Source: Daphnia carinata | Taxonomy: Eukaryota | Reading direction: 5' to 3' | DNA: 64,000 bases | Assembly: GCF_022539665.2 (NCBI RefSeq) | Contig: NC_081333.1 | Span: forward strand, 8,308,001-8,372,000 | Shown: positions 1 to 12,513 of the stretch, piece after piece | Position numbering within the stretch: the stretch's first letter is position 1 | Layout: the number at the start of each line of letters is the position of its first letter | Notes under the pieces: model-generated | Seen by the model: the letters and a program-made list of their open reading frames with translations, nothing else | Database searches by the model: none | What the model was told of the DNA's origin: nothing | Program-made: the position numbers and the translations under genes

Positions 1-48
1 CTTCTACCCATGCACTATAGAGCTATCTAGATTGTATGCATACATATA

Positions 49-50
<2 letters not shown>

Positions 51-88
<38 letters not shown>
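51..88. repeat. (TA)n microsatellite
   Basis: Uninterrupted TA dinucleotide run. Confidence 0.95.
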
Positions 89-96
<8 letters not shown>

Positions 97-3000
97 TCGA
101 GGCAGAAAGAGATATGTATGGATGGAGGGCAACGAAAAGGGTCGACCAAAAGGCTGTAATTACTAACAACAACAAAGAAAAAGTTGTGGAACGGCCCGTA
201 GGTTCTACATGATGTCTATACGCGTATGTGTGTGTGTGCGATGAGTGGGCTATACTGCTGCGCTCGCTATGCGCTCCTTCATATACAAGTCCGATGCATT
301 CCAGCAAAAGTCTGAGAAGACTCCACCAGCAGAGGAGCGAATGCATTATTATTACTCTATTCCTCTTTCTCACGCTTTCCACAACAATACCTCCCACCAT
401 TTTCTTGGACGGGAAAAGACTTTTTTTTTTCCTTTTTCTCTCCCTCTTTCACAGTTCCATCTTTTCGAGCCCCCGACCCCCAACTACTCGGCTCGCAATC
501 GGCACACCCACAGCGCGGGCGGCATCACATCGGTAAGCATCCGGCGGGTCCCACGGATCGCCGAGATAAAGCCGTTTACAGCGTTAGAAATTCGAAGCGA
601 AAAATGTGCCACTCGATTCGCGAATGCCGATCCTCGTAGGAGCGACGTGCACAAAGTGAAGAAGTCAAACAAATTTTTTCGAAAACTCGGGGGGTTATTT
701 TTAGCAATCCATTTTTATGCATTTATTTCCATAGTCCATAGCGTCCCTGAGACCGTCATGGCTATCGTTTCGACTCGAAGCGCATCGAGGTTTTAGAAAA
801 TTGGTGCCGCTGACCATTCCTATCGAAGTGAACTTGCAATCCCTCAGCTAAAAATTCCTCCCGCTCATAAAAAAAAAAAATTAAAAAAAAAAAAAATAAA
901 TAAAATAAACCCTACCCGATATGACATCCCCTGTGCAACAGAGCTACAATAGTCCAGACATACCGTCAACGCCCCATTTGCTTCTTCGGACGAGCCGAAA
1001 AAAGGAAAACGAACCGTCGTTTTTAACGGGCATGCGACCGTTTGCAAAACTCGTATTCGTTCCTCTTTATGACACCCGAACGACGGCCGTCGGGCATCTA
1101 TCAAGATGTCCGTGTGTCGGCTTCGGTCGTCTACGATCAGTTTCCCTTTTTAAACACTTGAAAATAAAATAAAACAAGATATCTGTCTCCACCCCCGTGT
1201 AAAAAAAAAAACAAACAGGGAACGCAAAACTAGTTTTGCGTATATGGTCGATGCTGCCTGGCGTTAAGGTCGTGTCGACAAGGTAGAAAAGAAACGAAAA
1301 GTTATTGCGAGTGTTTGCGGAAATAGACGCAAAAAAAAGGCTTCATTTTTCAGGGTCGTATTTTGTGCTCGATGTCCGAGGATGGTTGCGGTGTTACAAC
1401 TTCCAAGAGTTCATTGACTTTTCCCAATTTCTTGCTGTCGAGTGTGGACGTAGACAAAAAAAAAATGTTTAAGTTTACGGGGGAAAAGAAATATATAAAC
1501 TTTTTAAAGAAAAGCCCATCATTAAATGAATCTTTTTGCCATTGACTGATCGTAAAAAAAAAAAAAAAAGATTTTTTTTAAGCAAATTTTTCTTGTTCAA
1601 GAATTCTGTCAAAGTTTACGTACGTCTCTTTTTTTCATAACTTTCGTGGCACCCCCGCCATTTCCTCGGTTCAAGAAACTCTTGCGCCTCGTGCCTCGCA
1701 ATATATATGCCCCACGTTGGCAGACGAGCGGTCGTATACTGGAACAATATAAGAAACGACATACGTTGGGGGGGCTGCAAAATATTTTGGATAGTGAAGG
1801 GGGAAAAAAAAAATTTCAAAACGAATTGAAAACGGTAAAAGATGTGCTGCTGTAGCCAAAGGTATCGAGCTGCGATAGGTGCAATGAACCGTTACGCAGA
1901 CGGAGTAGCCTAGTAGACGTATGATGACGGCAACATTTACAACAGAAGCGGCAGCAATACGGAAACAGGCTGGAATCGAAGCGTGCAATTTTTCCTTGAA
2001 AAAGTATGCCCATAGCAGGCCGTCCAAATTTCTCCGCAGTATGGAAATATCAATCGCATTTCTCCCCCCCCCCCTTTTTTTTTCCTAGCCAGGTTCCATA
2101 TTTTTTGTTGCTCTTTTGCCCGCTTTTATTGGACGCGACTGCCCGCAATCCTTGGCAAAAAAAAAAAGGGGAGAGAAACAGCTTCTTTTTCGCTTCCCTT
2201 TTTGTGGTGCGGTTTGCCACACACTCTTTCTCGGACCTGCGATCAAAGTGAGGAGTTGTTCTTTTTTTTTTATTTTGGCTGCCGGCCCAGCAGAAAAACC
2301 AACCCCAGAAAGATAGCGTCGCCATATTTTTTTTTTTTTTGGTCTCCTATTTTTATATATTGCAGTCGGTGTCGTGTGTCTGCGCGCAGGCAAACACCGA
2401 GACGAAAACACGCACATACGCTCTTGTTTTGGTTGAGATAGAAGACATGGGAGGAGCGATGGGACACCTTTTTTTTTTTTTTATATTTCTACCTTAAAAA
2501 GAAAAGAAAGAAAAGGCACACCTTTGATTAGGGTTATCCATGCACCCACCCTCCGTCTTTTTAACGAAAAGATCCTTTGACATCCGTATGGCAATGGGCA
2601 GACAAACCGAGAAAGGGAGGAGGATACGGTGCCAATATTTGCGCTTCAAAGTCGCCCTTTTCTTGCGGCCTTTTTTTTTTAAGTTTCTCGTTTCGTCCAT
2701 GTTTAAAGCGAAACGCACTTTAACAAAAAAAAAAACAAAAAAAACAATCGCAGGCTACAAGAGCGTTTGCTTTTCCTTTTTTTTTTTCTCTTATTTTCCT
2801 ACGACGTCTCAATTTCACCTACAGACAGAAAGACATACGCAGAGGGAGAGCAAACGGGACGGGCCTCATTTATTTTCTCCGGCGGCCCCTTCTTTTCTTG
2901 GATAGACCTCCTCCCTTTAGGCTTTTACATCCTGTCTCAATTGAGTTTGATCAATGTTACGTCTCGAAAAGTGAATGCGACAAACGCAGTCAGAGGTGGG

Positions 3001-4817
3001 CGGGATGTGTATGAAGAAGGCAAGTTTAAGAAAGAAAAAAAAAGAAAAAAAAAAAAAAAGGCAAAGAGAAAACGAAGATGGACCGCTAGTTAATTGAATC
3101 TCATCTTCTTCTCTTCTCCCGTTTGGGTTTGCCTCTTTTTTTTTATTTGAGATTTTTTCTAACCAATTTTCCCACGCACGTTTATACTGTGCGGCTGGGA
3201 AAGAGAGAGAAGAAGAAAAAAAAAAAAAAAAAAAAGTAAACTCAAAAATAAAAGGCTGCTTCGGACGATTGATGGAAAGTGAATGGTAGATGGGGGAGGG
3301 CCGGGAAGGCATTCCACAGTTTCGAGGGCAAAGAAGAAGAAATGGCGGTGAAGATGACCCTCACCATCGCCACCCACTCCCACAATCCGAAAAATTCCAG
3401 GTCCGATTCTGACATTTTTATGGCAACTCGCTGATTATATTTTCCCAACGCGATCTACGCGTTTCACCCATCGGATCGAAAAAGAATTCATCGGCTATCA
3501 AAAAGCCTCTCTCCCTCTCTCTCTCTCTCTCCCCTATCGACTTTAATATGATCAAAACAAGAGTAGATTCCCTCATGTTTAACAAATGAACGAGAAATCT
3601 TTTCCCCCTTAAACAGCCCAAAGGCGGAAAATATTTAAACATTTACCCAGACAAAGTTGATCGCTGTGTAACACGTTTAGTAGGATGACTAACACACGGA
3701 CCTCCGCCCACTTTCCATCAAACGTAATCCATCAAGCCGGAGGTCTTTCCCAGCCCGGCGCGGATGGTGGGCAGAACGCAAGAGAGGCCGGGCATGGATT
3801 GTCAGCAATCAATGACGGGTGTTTACCTGACCGTATCATTAAAAAACAACAACAACAAAATACGTTTAAAACGTCGAGGCAGAAACACACACACACAATC
3901 AGCGTTGTGTGTCTAAAAAAACCTCAATAGAGTCTGCCCATTTTCAAAGTTAAAAGACTTGCGATGATCGATCGAGCCGAAAGGCAATTGGTTAGGCAGG
4001 AAATTCACCACAAGTCAAAAGACTCCACTGTTCGCTGTTCTCTTTTTGTTTCCAGCCTTTCTCTTCTCTTTTTGTTCTTACGCTATTGTTTTAAAGATTG
4101 CCCCCTATCCCCCCTCCCCCCCCCCCAAAAAAAAGAAGTTGACCAAAGGTGGTCGGTTTCACTGTTCGTTTCCGTTATATGCGCATTTGAAGTATAGCAA
4201 CAAATCAGAGGATATCCTCTCTTACTTTGCGTTCCGGGTGGAGTAGAGTGGTTGACGCGCGAAGAATTACACAAGTCCATCGCCTGTTCCATCCTTTGTA
4301 AAGGTGAAAGAAGAAGATAGGGGTCAATATTTGACTTCCGCCTCTCTTGTTGCATTTGGCAAACCTCCGGTTCTCTCGCCGTCCTGTTTGGACACACACA
4401 AATAAGAAAAATAAGAAAGAAATATTAAGTGTGTTGTAGATATTGTCTAGGTATACAGTCCAACAATATATATATATATATATATATGTAAGGGAAAGAA
4501 AGGGAAGACGATAAAGAAAAGTCACTTGGCACCTGACGTCATCGCGTTTGGGCAGGTAGAAAAATAAGGGGAAGGGAGTATATGGAGGGAAGAAAAAAAA
4601 AAAAGAAAAATTATTAACAAACCCCCAAAACCATCAAAAGACATACAAGCGTCCAGCAACAATACCATATCGGAGAAAGAAGAAGAAAAAAAGTTTTACG
4701 ACTCTTGTCTGAATGGCTGGTGGGCCACGAGTCGGTTCTAGCACTTTCGCGTTATTATTCATTTTTTTTTTCTTCTTCTCTATTTTTACAATGACAAAAG
4801 AAAAGATGGGAATTTTA

Positions 4818-4909
4818 ATTTCTTTGCATTCGCAGACGGACAGCCAACAGTTGATCGCCGCTTTCGAACGAAACGCACGAAAACAAAAAGGACAATCACA
4901 TTCGCAAAA
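4818..4909 (+). other. drm: probable splice acceptor and 5' UTR segment of drm
   Basis: Pyrimidine-rich TTTCTTTGCATTCGCAG ends at 4835 and is followed by 74 nt without an ATG up to the start codon. This implies an upstream non-coding exon that I could not locate securely. Confidence 0.45.
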
Positions 4910-5020
4910 ATGTTCGCTGTTATGCCATACGACACGGAGGACAGGAGCGCGGCCTACAGGCGCAGAGTGGCTCCTCGTGCCGATTTTGTGTGCAAGTATT
5001 GCCAGCGTCGCTTCACCAAG
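4910..5020 (+). CDS. drm: drumstick (odd-skipped family small zinc-finger protein), coding exon 1 (aa 1-37)
   Basis: ATG at 4910 in AAAAATG context. Translates MFAVMPYDTEDRSAAYRRRVAPRADFVCKYCQRRFTK and ends at the donor AAG|GTAAAA (phase 0). The N-terminal MFAVM and CKYCQRRFTK match Drosophila Drm as I recall it (MFAVMRID...FICKYCQRRFTKPYNLMIHERTH). Confidence 0.93.
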
Positions 5021-5129
5021 GTAAAAATATGGCCGTTGAATCTTTTGAAACGGACGCTTTACCAGTCAGCGTAAAAAGTTTTCGATTCGACGTGTCATTC
5101 AAACTGCTGGTGATTTTTGATTCGTATAG

Positions 5130-5240
5130 GCCTACAATCTCATGATTCACGAGCGCAGTCATCGCGACGACGTCACCTACACCTGCGAGGTCTGCGGCAA
5201 AACCTTCAAGCGGCAGGACAACTTGAAACAGCACAGGTAA
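5130..5240 (+). CDS. drm: drumstick coding exon 2 (end of finger 1, most of finger 2); 3' end uncertain
   Basis: The 109-nt intron 5021-5129 ends TTCGTATAG. The exon reads AYNLMIHERSHRDDVTYTCEVCGKTFKRQDNLKQHR, completing finger 1 (C-x2-C-x12-H-x3-H) and giving C-x2-C-x12-H of finger 2. It ends CACAG|GTAACT, which is either a phase-2 donor after 5236 or read-through AGG TAA (stop 5238-5240, 73 aa). Confidence 0.9.
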   Translation, partial: AYNLMIHERSHRDDVTYTCEVCGKTFKRQDNLKQHR

Positions 5241-8200
5241 CTATAATACATAACAGACGAGCAAAGTCTGCGGCGACTCATCAGAAACTTGTTCAAAGTG
5301 GTCAATCATTTGACACATTAAAAAAAAAAAAAAACCCATTAAGACATGAAAGGGTGGAGCCTACACGTAACGTGCCCCCTGATACATAAAAAGAAATGAA
5401 AAAAAAAAAGAAAAGAAAACTAACCCAAAGATTTTCTTGATTGTTTTCTGTTGTGAATACGAGAGAGACACCTGTCTTTGCGACTTGCTTATTTTACATT
5501 TTCATTTTTCATTTAAAAACAAAAACAAACAAAAACAAAAAACAAAATCAAAAAATCTTCATGGCTGTCTCAATACTTTCTCTATCGCAAAAAAAATCTA
5601 TGAATAAATAATAAATAAAAAAAAACAAAAAAAATTCAAATCAAATAAATCAAAAAAAAAAAAACGAAAACTCTTCGAGCGACCAATCCGTCATCTCAAA
5701 CAGTATTCGTTGGCCAATGACATAACCTGTCTTTAAAGAAGAAAAAAAAAAATTAAAACCAACAATTTCTTACGTTTAAAAACTAACTCATTTTGCATGT
5801 GTTCCTTGGTTTCGCAGGCATCGGTAGACTCCATCATCACATAAATATGAACCCCGTTTCTGCGGCCCGCAATATACACACTCGCAATGCGCCTCTCCAG
5901 CGTCGCTACGTACGTCTCTGTCTCTCTCTCTCTCTCTCTCTCCCGCTCTTGTCTTTCCTGCTTGCTGGACTGTTTTTTTTTTTTTTGCTGCCATTTTCCC
6001 ACCATTTCACAATTCTTTAAAAAATTCTTTAAAAATTATCCAACGATTCATTCGCTTTTGGCATGGGCCAAGCTGCTTCTTTTAGCGCGTATGTGCTTTA
6101 TATTAATATGTCCTCCTCTCCCTTCGGCTGACGTTAAAGGAAGAAAAAGAGTCTCGTTCGAAAGGCATACGCAACGACATTAACCCAAAATCCCATTCCA
6201 GTTTTCATACTAATTGAATAGTTTTATTCCGCTTTACTACGCTATTACAAAAAAAAAAAAAAAAATGAAAGAAAATGAGCGCCCCCAGTGTTGTGTATAT
6301 ATGTGAAGGCTTCACATCCTTTTTGTGTGTTTGCTGGTGGAAAACGTTTGTTTAATGTGTCCCCCCCAGTTTCTGATGATGCGCACCGCACGACATTTTT
6401 CTTTCGACCACGAACAAAAAAAAAAAAAAAAAAATCATACAAACAGAACAAACAACCAAACAAAACGCGCTTAAATTGTTTAATTGCAGAACTATCCACG
6501 GTCCCGCTTATCGCTCGACGGGCATCTACATCCCGGCCATATGAAGCACGCACGCTTATTCGGATAAAATAAAGATTCGCGCTATCGCCGCCCCCCCCCC
6601 CACTACCCTCTACCCCCCATTTGTTTTCTTTCAAGAAATTGTCTCATCCAAATCTTTTATTATGGCATAATTAATTAGAACAAGTAAAAAAGGAAAGAAA
6701 AAAAAAAAAAAAAAAAAAAGAAGGTGAAATGAAAAAATTCGAGAATTTTTTTAACTACTCAAATTGCAAAACTAACATCCTATAGCACAAATCGAAAACG
6801 ATTTTTTTTTTTTCGTACCCCTTTCGAGTTTGGTTCATTTGAATCTTCCTTCTTCTCTTCATCGATGCCAATTGATTAAGAAAAAAAAAACGAACTTCTC
6901 ATTTATTCTTTCTGCGTGTTTCAATTTTTGCTGCCGTGTTTTGTATGTGTGAATGCATCTGCCTTTCAAAGAAAAAAAAAAAATGCGACGGAATCCGTCC
7001 AGCCTTTTTTGTACATTATAACTCCTCTGTAGGAGAGAGACGATGCCTGTGCCTCTGTCAATCCGATTCTTATACCTTCACGTTGACCTCTTTAAAAAAA
7101 AAAAAATGAACTTCTTTTCTATTTTCCTTTGTTTATTATTTTTTATTCAAAATTCCCATTTCACATTTCCCTCCCCATGTCGTGAGTTGCACCCGGTGTG
7201 TTGTGAGAAAAAAAAAACGGGCAAATCGGCACCTTTTCTATGGAAACAGTAATTTTCTTAGAATTTCTATTTTTTTTTTGTACGTTTGGTGATGACAATT
7301 TTTCCTTTCCGTCAAAAACGAAAAGAAGAGATAAAAAAAAAAATGAGCCAAATTTCAATGAAACTCACTCTTGCTGCGGATTTCGTCATTGCTGTTGCTC
7401 TTCTTCCTTCCAACCCAATCATCACGTGCGATAAAAGAACAACAACATAACACTTCAGTTGGAAATTCGTCAAAAAAAAAAAGTATACAACTTATTTTTC
7501 CCAGTTTTGATACCAGAGAGTCACATTTGTTTTTTTTTTCCCCTACCTATTTCTATCCATATATTTCTCCTTTACCTTTAGAAAAACAAAAAGAATCTTT
7601 TATATCATTCTCCCCTAGTATACCCTTTCTATCCTTTTTTTTTTTTTTTTTTTTGTTCATCGCTTCCTCTCACCTCATCCCAATATAAAGATGTATCGTT
7701 ACTTTTCTTCATAAAAAAAAAAAAAAAAAAAAAAAGAAAGAAAAAAAAATCTCACTTCATTTTTCCTTCTGATTTCTTCTTGTTTCTCTTAGCCCCTGTC
7801 GGAAAACGACCGCAGGTAGCACTCGAGTGTTTATTATTTTTTTTTTTTTTCTTTCTCTTTTTCTTTGATTCTTTATGATAGATCACACGTCATTATTCAT
7901 GTCCTCTCTGTCTATCCCTCCCCTCTCTACCTTCCGTATTGGAAAATAAATAAATAAATAAATAAAAGCCGCTTTTTCATCCAATTGTGTCTCGTAAGTT
8001 TTTCTCAATTTTGCGCAATATAATCCGATTGCATTTTGATTTCTTTCTCAACAACAACAAAAAAAAAAATCTCCGTTATTAACAGCGAGTTCCCTGATTG
8101 GATTCGTCTGAAGGGCGTATCAATTTAAAGCTTTAGACAAAACAAAACAAAAAAAAAAATCCAATTTCGAAATTTGGATAACTGCTAATGAAGGCGCTAG

Positions 8201-9137
8201 AAATAGTCTGCATCAGGAATACATAATCAAAAAAAACCTGAGAGAAACGTGAGACATTCTTTTGCACGTTAGAACAAAAAAAGAAACACAAATTGTTTGC
8301 ATACCAGCAAACATTTTATTCATCGCTCAGAATGTTTAAGAGAGAATCAAATTTGTCTTTCACGCTGTTATGCAGTTCAATAAGCATCCCCCCGTTGGGA
8401 TCGAAGCTACACGGCCATGTCTTCTGTCACTGCATAACAAACAAAGACACTGTATGCCAACTTTAGCGTGAAACTGCTGTTTATTCTCGAAGCAAAGTGG
8501 CTACGCATAATCCCGCACAAGGGGAATTCGTGCATTTCTAGCATACGGAAAACGGCGCATCACACAAAAGATAGGAATAAAGAAAAATATCCACAAAAAC
8601 AGCGTTTCTCTCCTTGAACTGAAACAACGAAGGGTTACTAAACATTCAAAGTCAAATATATACTTAAAAAAAATTGGCTATTTTGATATTCAACTCGAGT
8701 ACCACTCTCTCTCTCTCTCTCTCTGGTCCCAAAAACCGTTTATCTTTTTCGTTCCGTGGGAAGAAAGAAAAACACATCATCATCATCGAATATTGAACTC
8801 CCCATCGTCATTCCCGGAGTAGATATCGCAGATAAATTCAAGGGAAAAATGAAAAAAAAAAAAAAAAGAAAGGAAAAGGGAAAAATATTTTTTAAAGAAA
8901 AAAAGGAGAAGAAGAAGAAGAGGGTCTACAACTGTTTGGAAACGGGCGTTGTGATATCTTTTGCCTTCACGTACACAAAAAACAACAAAAAAAACGAAGC
9001 GTGTAGAATAGACGAATGCGTGCCATTATGCAAAACCGATGCGGAGGTGATGACCGTTTGACCGAAATGCCCCGAAATAAAGAAAGAATCTCTCTCGCTC
9101 ATTCACATGCTCAAACAGCAGGCAAAAGAGAAGGAAG

Positions 9138-9227
9138 GAGAGAGAGAGAGAGAGAGAGAGAGAGCGGATGAGACACACACACACACACACACACACATAG
9201 GAAGTTGTCTGTGTGTGTGTGTGTGTG
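9138..9227. repeat. compound microsatellite (GA)n, (AC)n, (TG)n
   Basis: GA run 9138-9164, AC run 9173-9197, TG run 9210-9227. Confidence 0.95.
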
Positions 9228-12200
9228 AAGGGCTTCAAACAAGTCATTCTTCATCATCAGCCAGCCGCGGATTATGGATGCGCCCAGTTCAAACAACGAC
9301 CGCGACCGTCTAAGAGAGATAGAGAGAGACAAGAGAGGGGAGAAAATTATTCATGGCCCATGTCTTCTCTTTTTTTTTTTTTTTTTTCTTCTTCTACCTT
9401 GTCCTGTGGCATATGCCCAAAAAAGCCAGTGGGGGAAATAAAGGAGAAGAAGAGGGCCGGCCCGGGTGTAGCTGCGGCGCATATTGAATTAGCTGCCGTG
9501 ACGTTAATGTCCAAAGTCATTCGGCGCGGATTCTTCTTCCTCTCCTCTTTAGATCTATCTCTCATTCTTATATTTTTCTCTTCTTCTACGTCTCTCTTTC
9601 CCCCCCCCCCCCCATTTCTTTCATTTCTACCTTATTGATTTGATTAATACCTCGTTTTGAACTGCTTGCACGATAGGCATATCTTCTCCAAACCATTTCA
9701 CGTTGTGTTTTTGCAGCTCATAAATTTTGACGCACTGTTGGATCATTCAACAATGAATCAATGAAAAGAAAAGAAACGAAACGAGTCAAGAATTTCTAGA
9801 AACGCATTCCACCCCCTGATGTGTTTTATTTTTTTCTGTCCCATAGCTTCACGACGAGAGTTTCCAGTTTGTCTACGAGTACGAAACCTTTCAATTATTA
9901 CTGCCATCGTTTGCGTGAACCAACCAAAGCTAAGAGCCCTTTTCTCTTCTTGCCGGAGTAGTTCGATTGGGAAAAAAATGAGTTTTTTTTTCTTTCAGAG
10001 AGATGAATGGCATTCACGAACGAAACGGACTGAATAAACGCCCTCCGGATGATGAATCAAACTCCTCTGTGCTGGCGTGACTATCTTATTCTTGTAGACA
10101 CGAAGGAGGAGACAGAAGATGGACGGGGATTCAAAAAAAAAAAAAAAAAAAAAATGTTTAAAAAAATGGGAGGGTAAAGAGGATTTTCAAAAAAAAAAAA
10201 AAAAAAATAAACAACAAGAACATGAAAGACGTAGGAAAAACGATCGTTCGTGACCGTCCTCAAGCAAAAAATGGCAAAGCGGAGGGTTACGGCAACAGCG
10301 AGACATCGATAACAAAAAAAAAACAAAAAAAAAACTAAATAGAAAGGAGAAAATCTATAAAAGATGATGTCCTTGAGCGAAGCAAGTTTTCTATGTGTGT
10401 GTGCGGTGCCTCTGCGCCGGTGGTTGTGTTGTTCTGCCCCGTCAACAAGGGAGGAAGGTAAAAAGAAAGAAAAAAGAGCGCTTCTACGGAGTATATATTT
10501 GTCACCGACAGAAAACAGCTCGTAAGTCATCGATTGATTTTTGGAAAGAGGGAGAAAAAGGGCCCCAAACAACACACAACGACACACACAAAAAAGCGAC
10601 AGAGAAAAATAAAAATAATAAAAAACGAAAATACAAGAAGAATAAAATTTCAAAATAAAACAAGAATAAAAGACAGTCGGCGGGGGTTATGTGCCGACTC
10701 ACAAGACAAGTCGTGGTCCACAAGTCTGACAGTTTCCCGTTTTCAACCTTTCATTTTCTCATTCTCTCTTTGGGGTTGCCTATGTGCTATGTCTCCTAGA
10801 GTACGTAGAAAAAGTATTCATGCACCATTCAAACATAACGCTGTGTTATATTTTCGTCATTTCACTCCTCCTGTCGGCATTTTGTGTGTCTCCTGTCCTA
10901 CTCCCGTCTTCTCTCCCTCGTCCAATGATGGCGACTTTACGTAACTTACATTCATCGTGTTATATAGGAACACACAAATACGAAAGAAGGGGACAGAAAA
11001 AAAAAAAACCTGTCTAGCATTTTAAAAGGAAAAAGAGCAACGGAAAAGGACAGAAATGATCCCGCCGCAAAACGTTTAACGGATGTCGCCGCTTCCCGCT
11101 GCGCTGATCCGCTGCGCAACATCCCAACAGTTTGCCACTCCTTCGTTTGTCATTCCCTTTTTTCTTTCCGAAGTTAACTTTTTTCTTCTTCTTTTTCCCC
11201 ATTGAAACGACATAGAACCAAACAACAGACATCGTTGCAAAGATTCAATTTACATTCACTTCGTTCTTCTCCCTACGTTTTGTTTGCATGTTATTTTTGT
11301 TGTTGGTCGACTCTATGGCCCAACCATAGCAGAGGGTCAATGTTGTTTTGGTCCAACAATGTTGGAATGTTACAAGCGAAAACCATAATCCTGCAGAATG
11401 GAGCCATTAAAAAACAGCGCAGCGAGGATTAGCCTTTTGATGGCCGTACGGTGGGATACAACGACCCGAGTCATTTGATCTCTTTAGCTTTTTAGGAAAC
11501 ACAACACACACAACACACACACACACACACACACAAATCAATGGGCTTGCCTATTTCTTTTTCAATAGAAATAGTTGATGGGTTTCGCTTTCGCTAAAAG
11601 AAAAAAAAACGCACAACAAAAGAGAGGAAGAAAAGAAATAGGCCCATAGTCCGTTCGTTGAACCGGCAATATTGTCTTAAGTGGCAAAACGGCGATAGTT
11701 AAGACGACCCAAAACCAATAACACGAGGGTGTCCATCATCCTGATGACCATCGCCTCTTTTCCACCTGTCACATTAAAAAAAAAATACCACTGGAATTTG
11801 CGTCTACGCCATCGCTTTATAATGTCTACAATGCACGTTCGCAGTCACATCCTGTGTTTTCATTGGTTCTATATGTGCGCATGTATTTTTTTTTTTTTTT
11901 TTGCTTCCCTCCCCTATGCCTTCCATGGCCGAGCGCCACATTTGACAGTCAATATTGTTTCAAGAGAGTCTAGGTAATATATATATATTTTTTTCTTTCT
12001 TCCCAGCCATTTGCCATCAGACGACGGGAGACCGAACTATTTCACACAAGAGATAAATGAACCTGTTGTACATGTAAAGCAACGGTGACGTTTCCCAACC
12101 GACAACTTTTCCTGTTTTTCTCCCCCCCCCAATACTTAACACGAAAAGCATAGATTCAAAATCGAAAATAAAGAAAAAAAATAAAATAAAATAAACACGG

Positions 12201-12479
12201 AAAAGATGACTACATTCTCTAAGATTCTCTTGTCCCTTAAAAAGCAAGGAAAAGAAAAAACGAAACAAAAAACAATGGCTGATTCAATCACATTCCAAAA
12301 CGAAGGATGACGCTGACTTAACATGTAAGCAAAATGGTACGGGCATGGGTGACGCTCATACGGGAGATGAATGAGAACGTTTCAATTTGTCGAGACGATG
12401 GTGGGGACTGGACGTTGGGTTGAAAACGATGTGGGCGCGTGATATTCCCAAGAAAATTGTCTCTTTCTCTTTTCTTCTT

Positions 12480-12513
<34 letters not shown>

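Noticed and set aside
5013..5234. Minus-strand ORF over drm exon 2, and similarly + strand ORFs such as 52941..53393 over the bowl-like gene
   Set aside because: These are antisense shadows of zinc-finger coding sequence.
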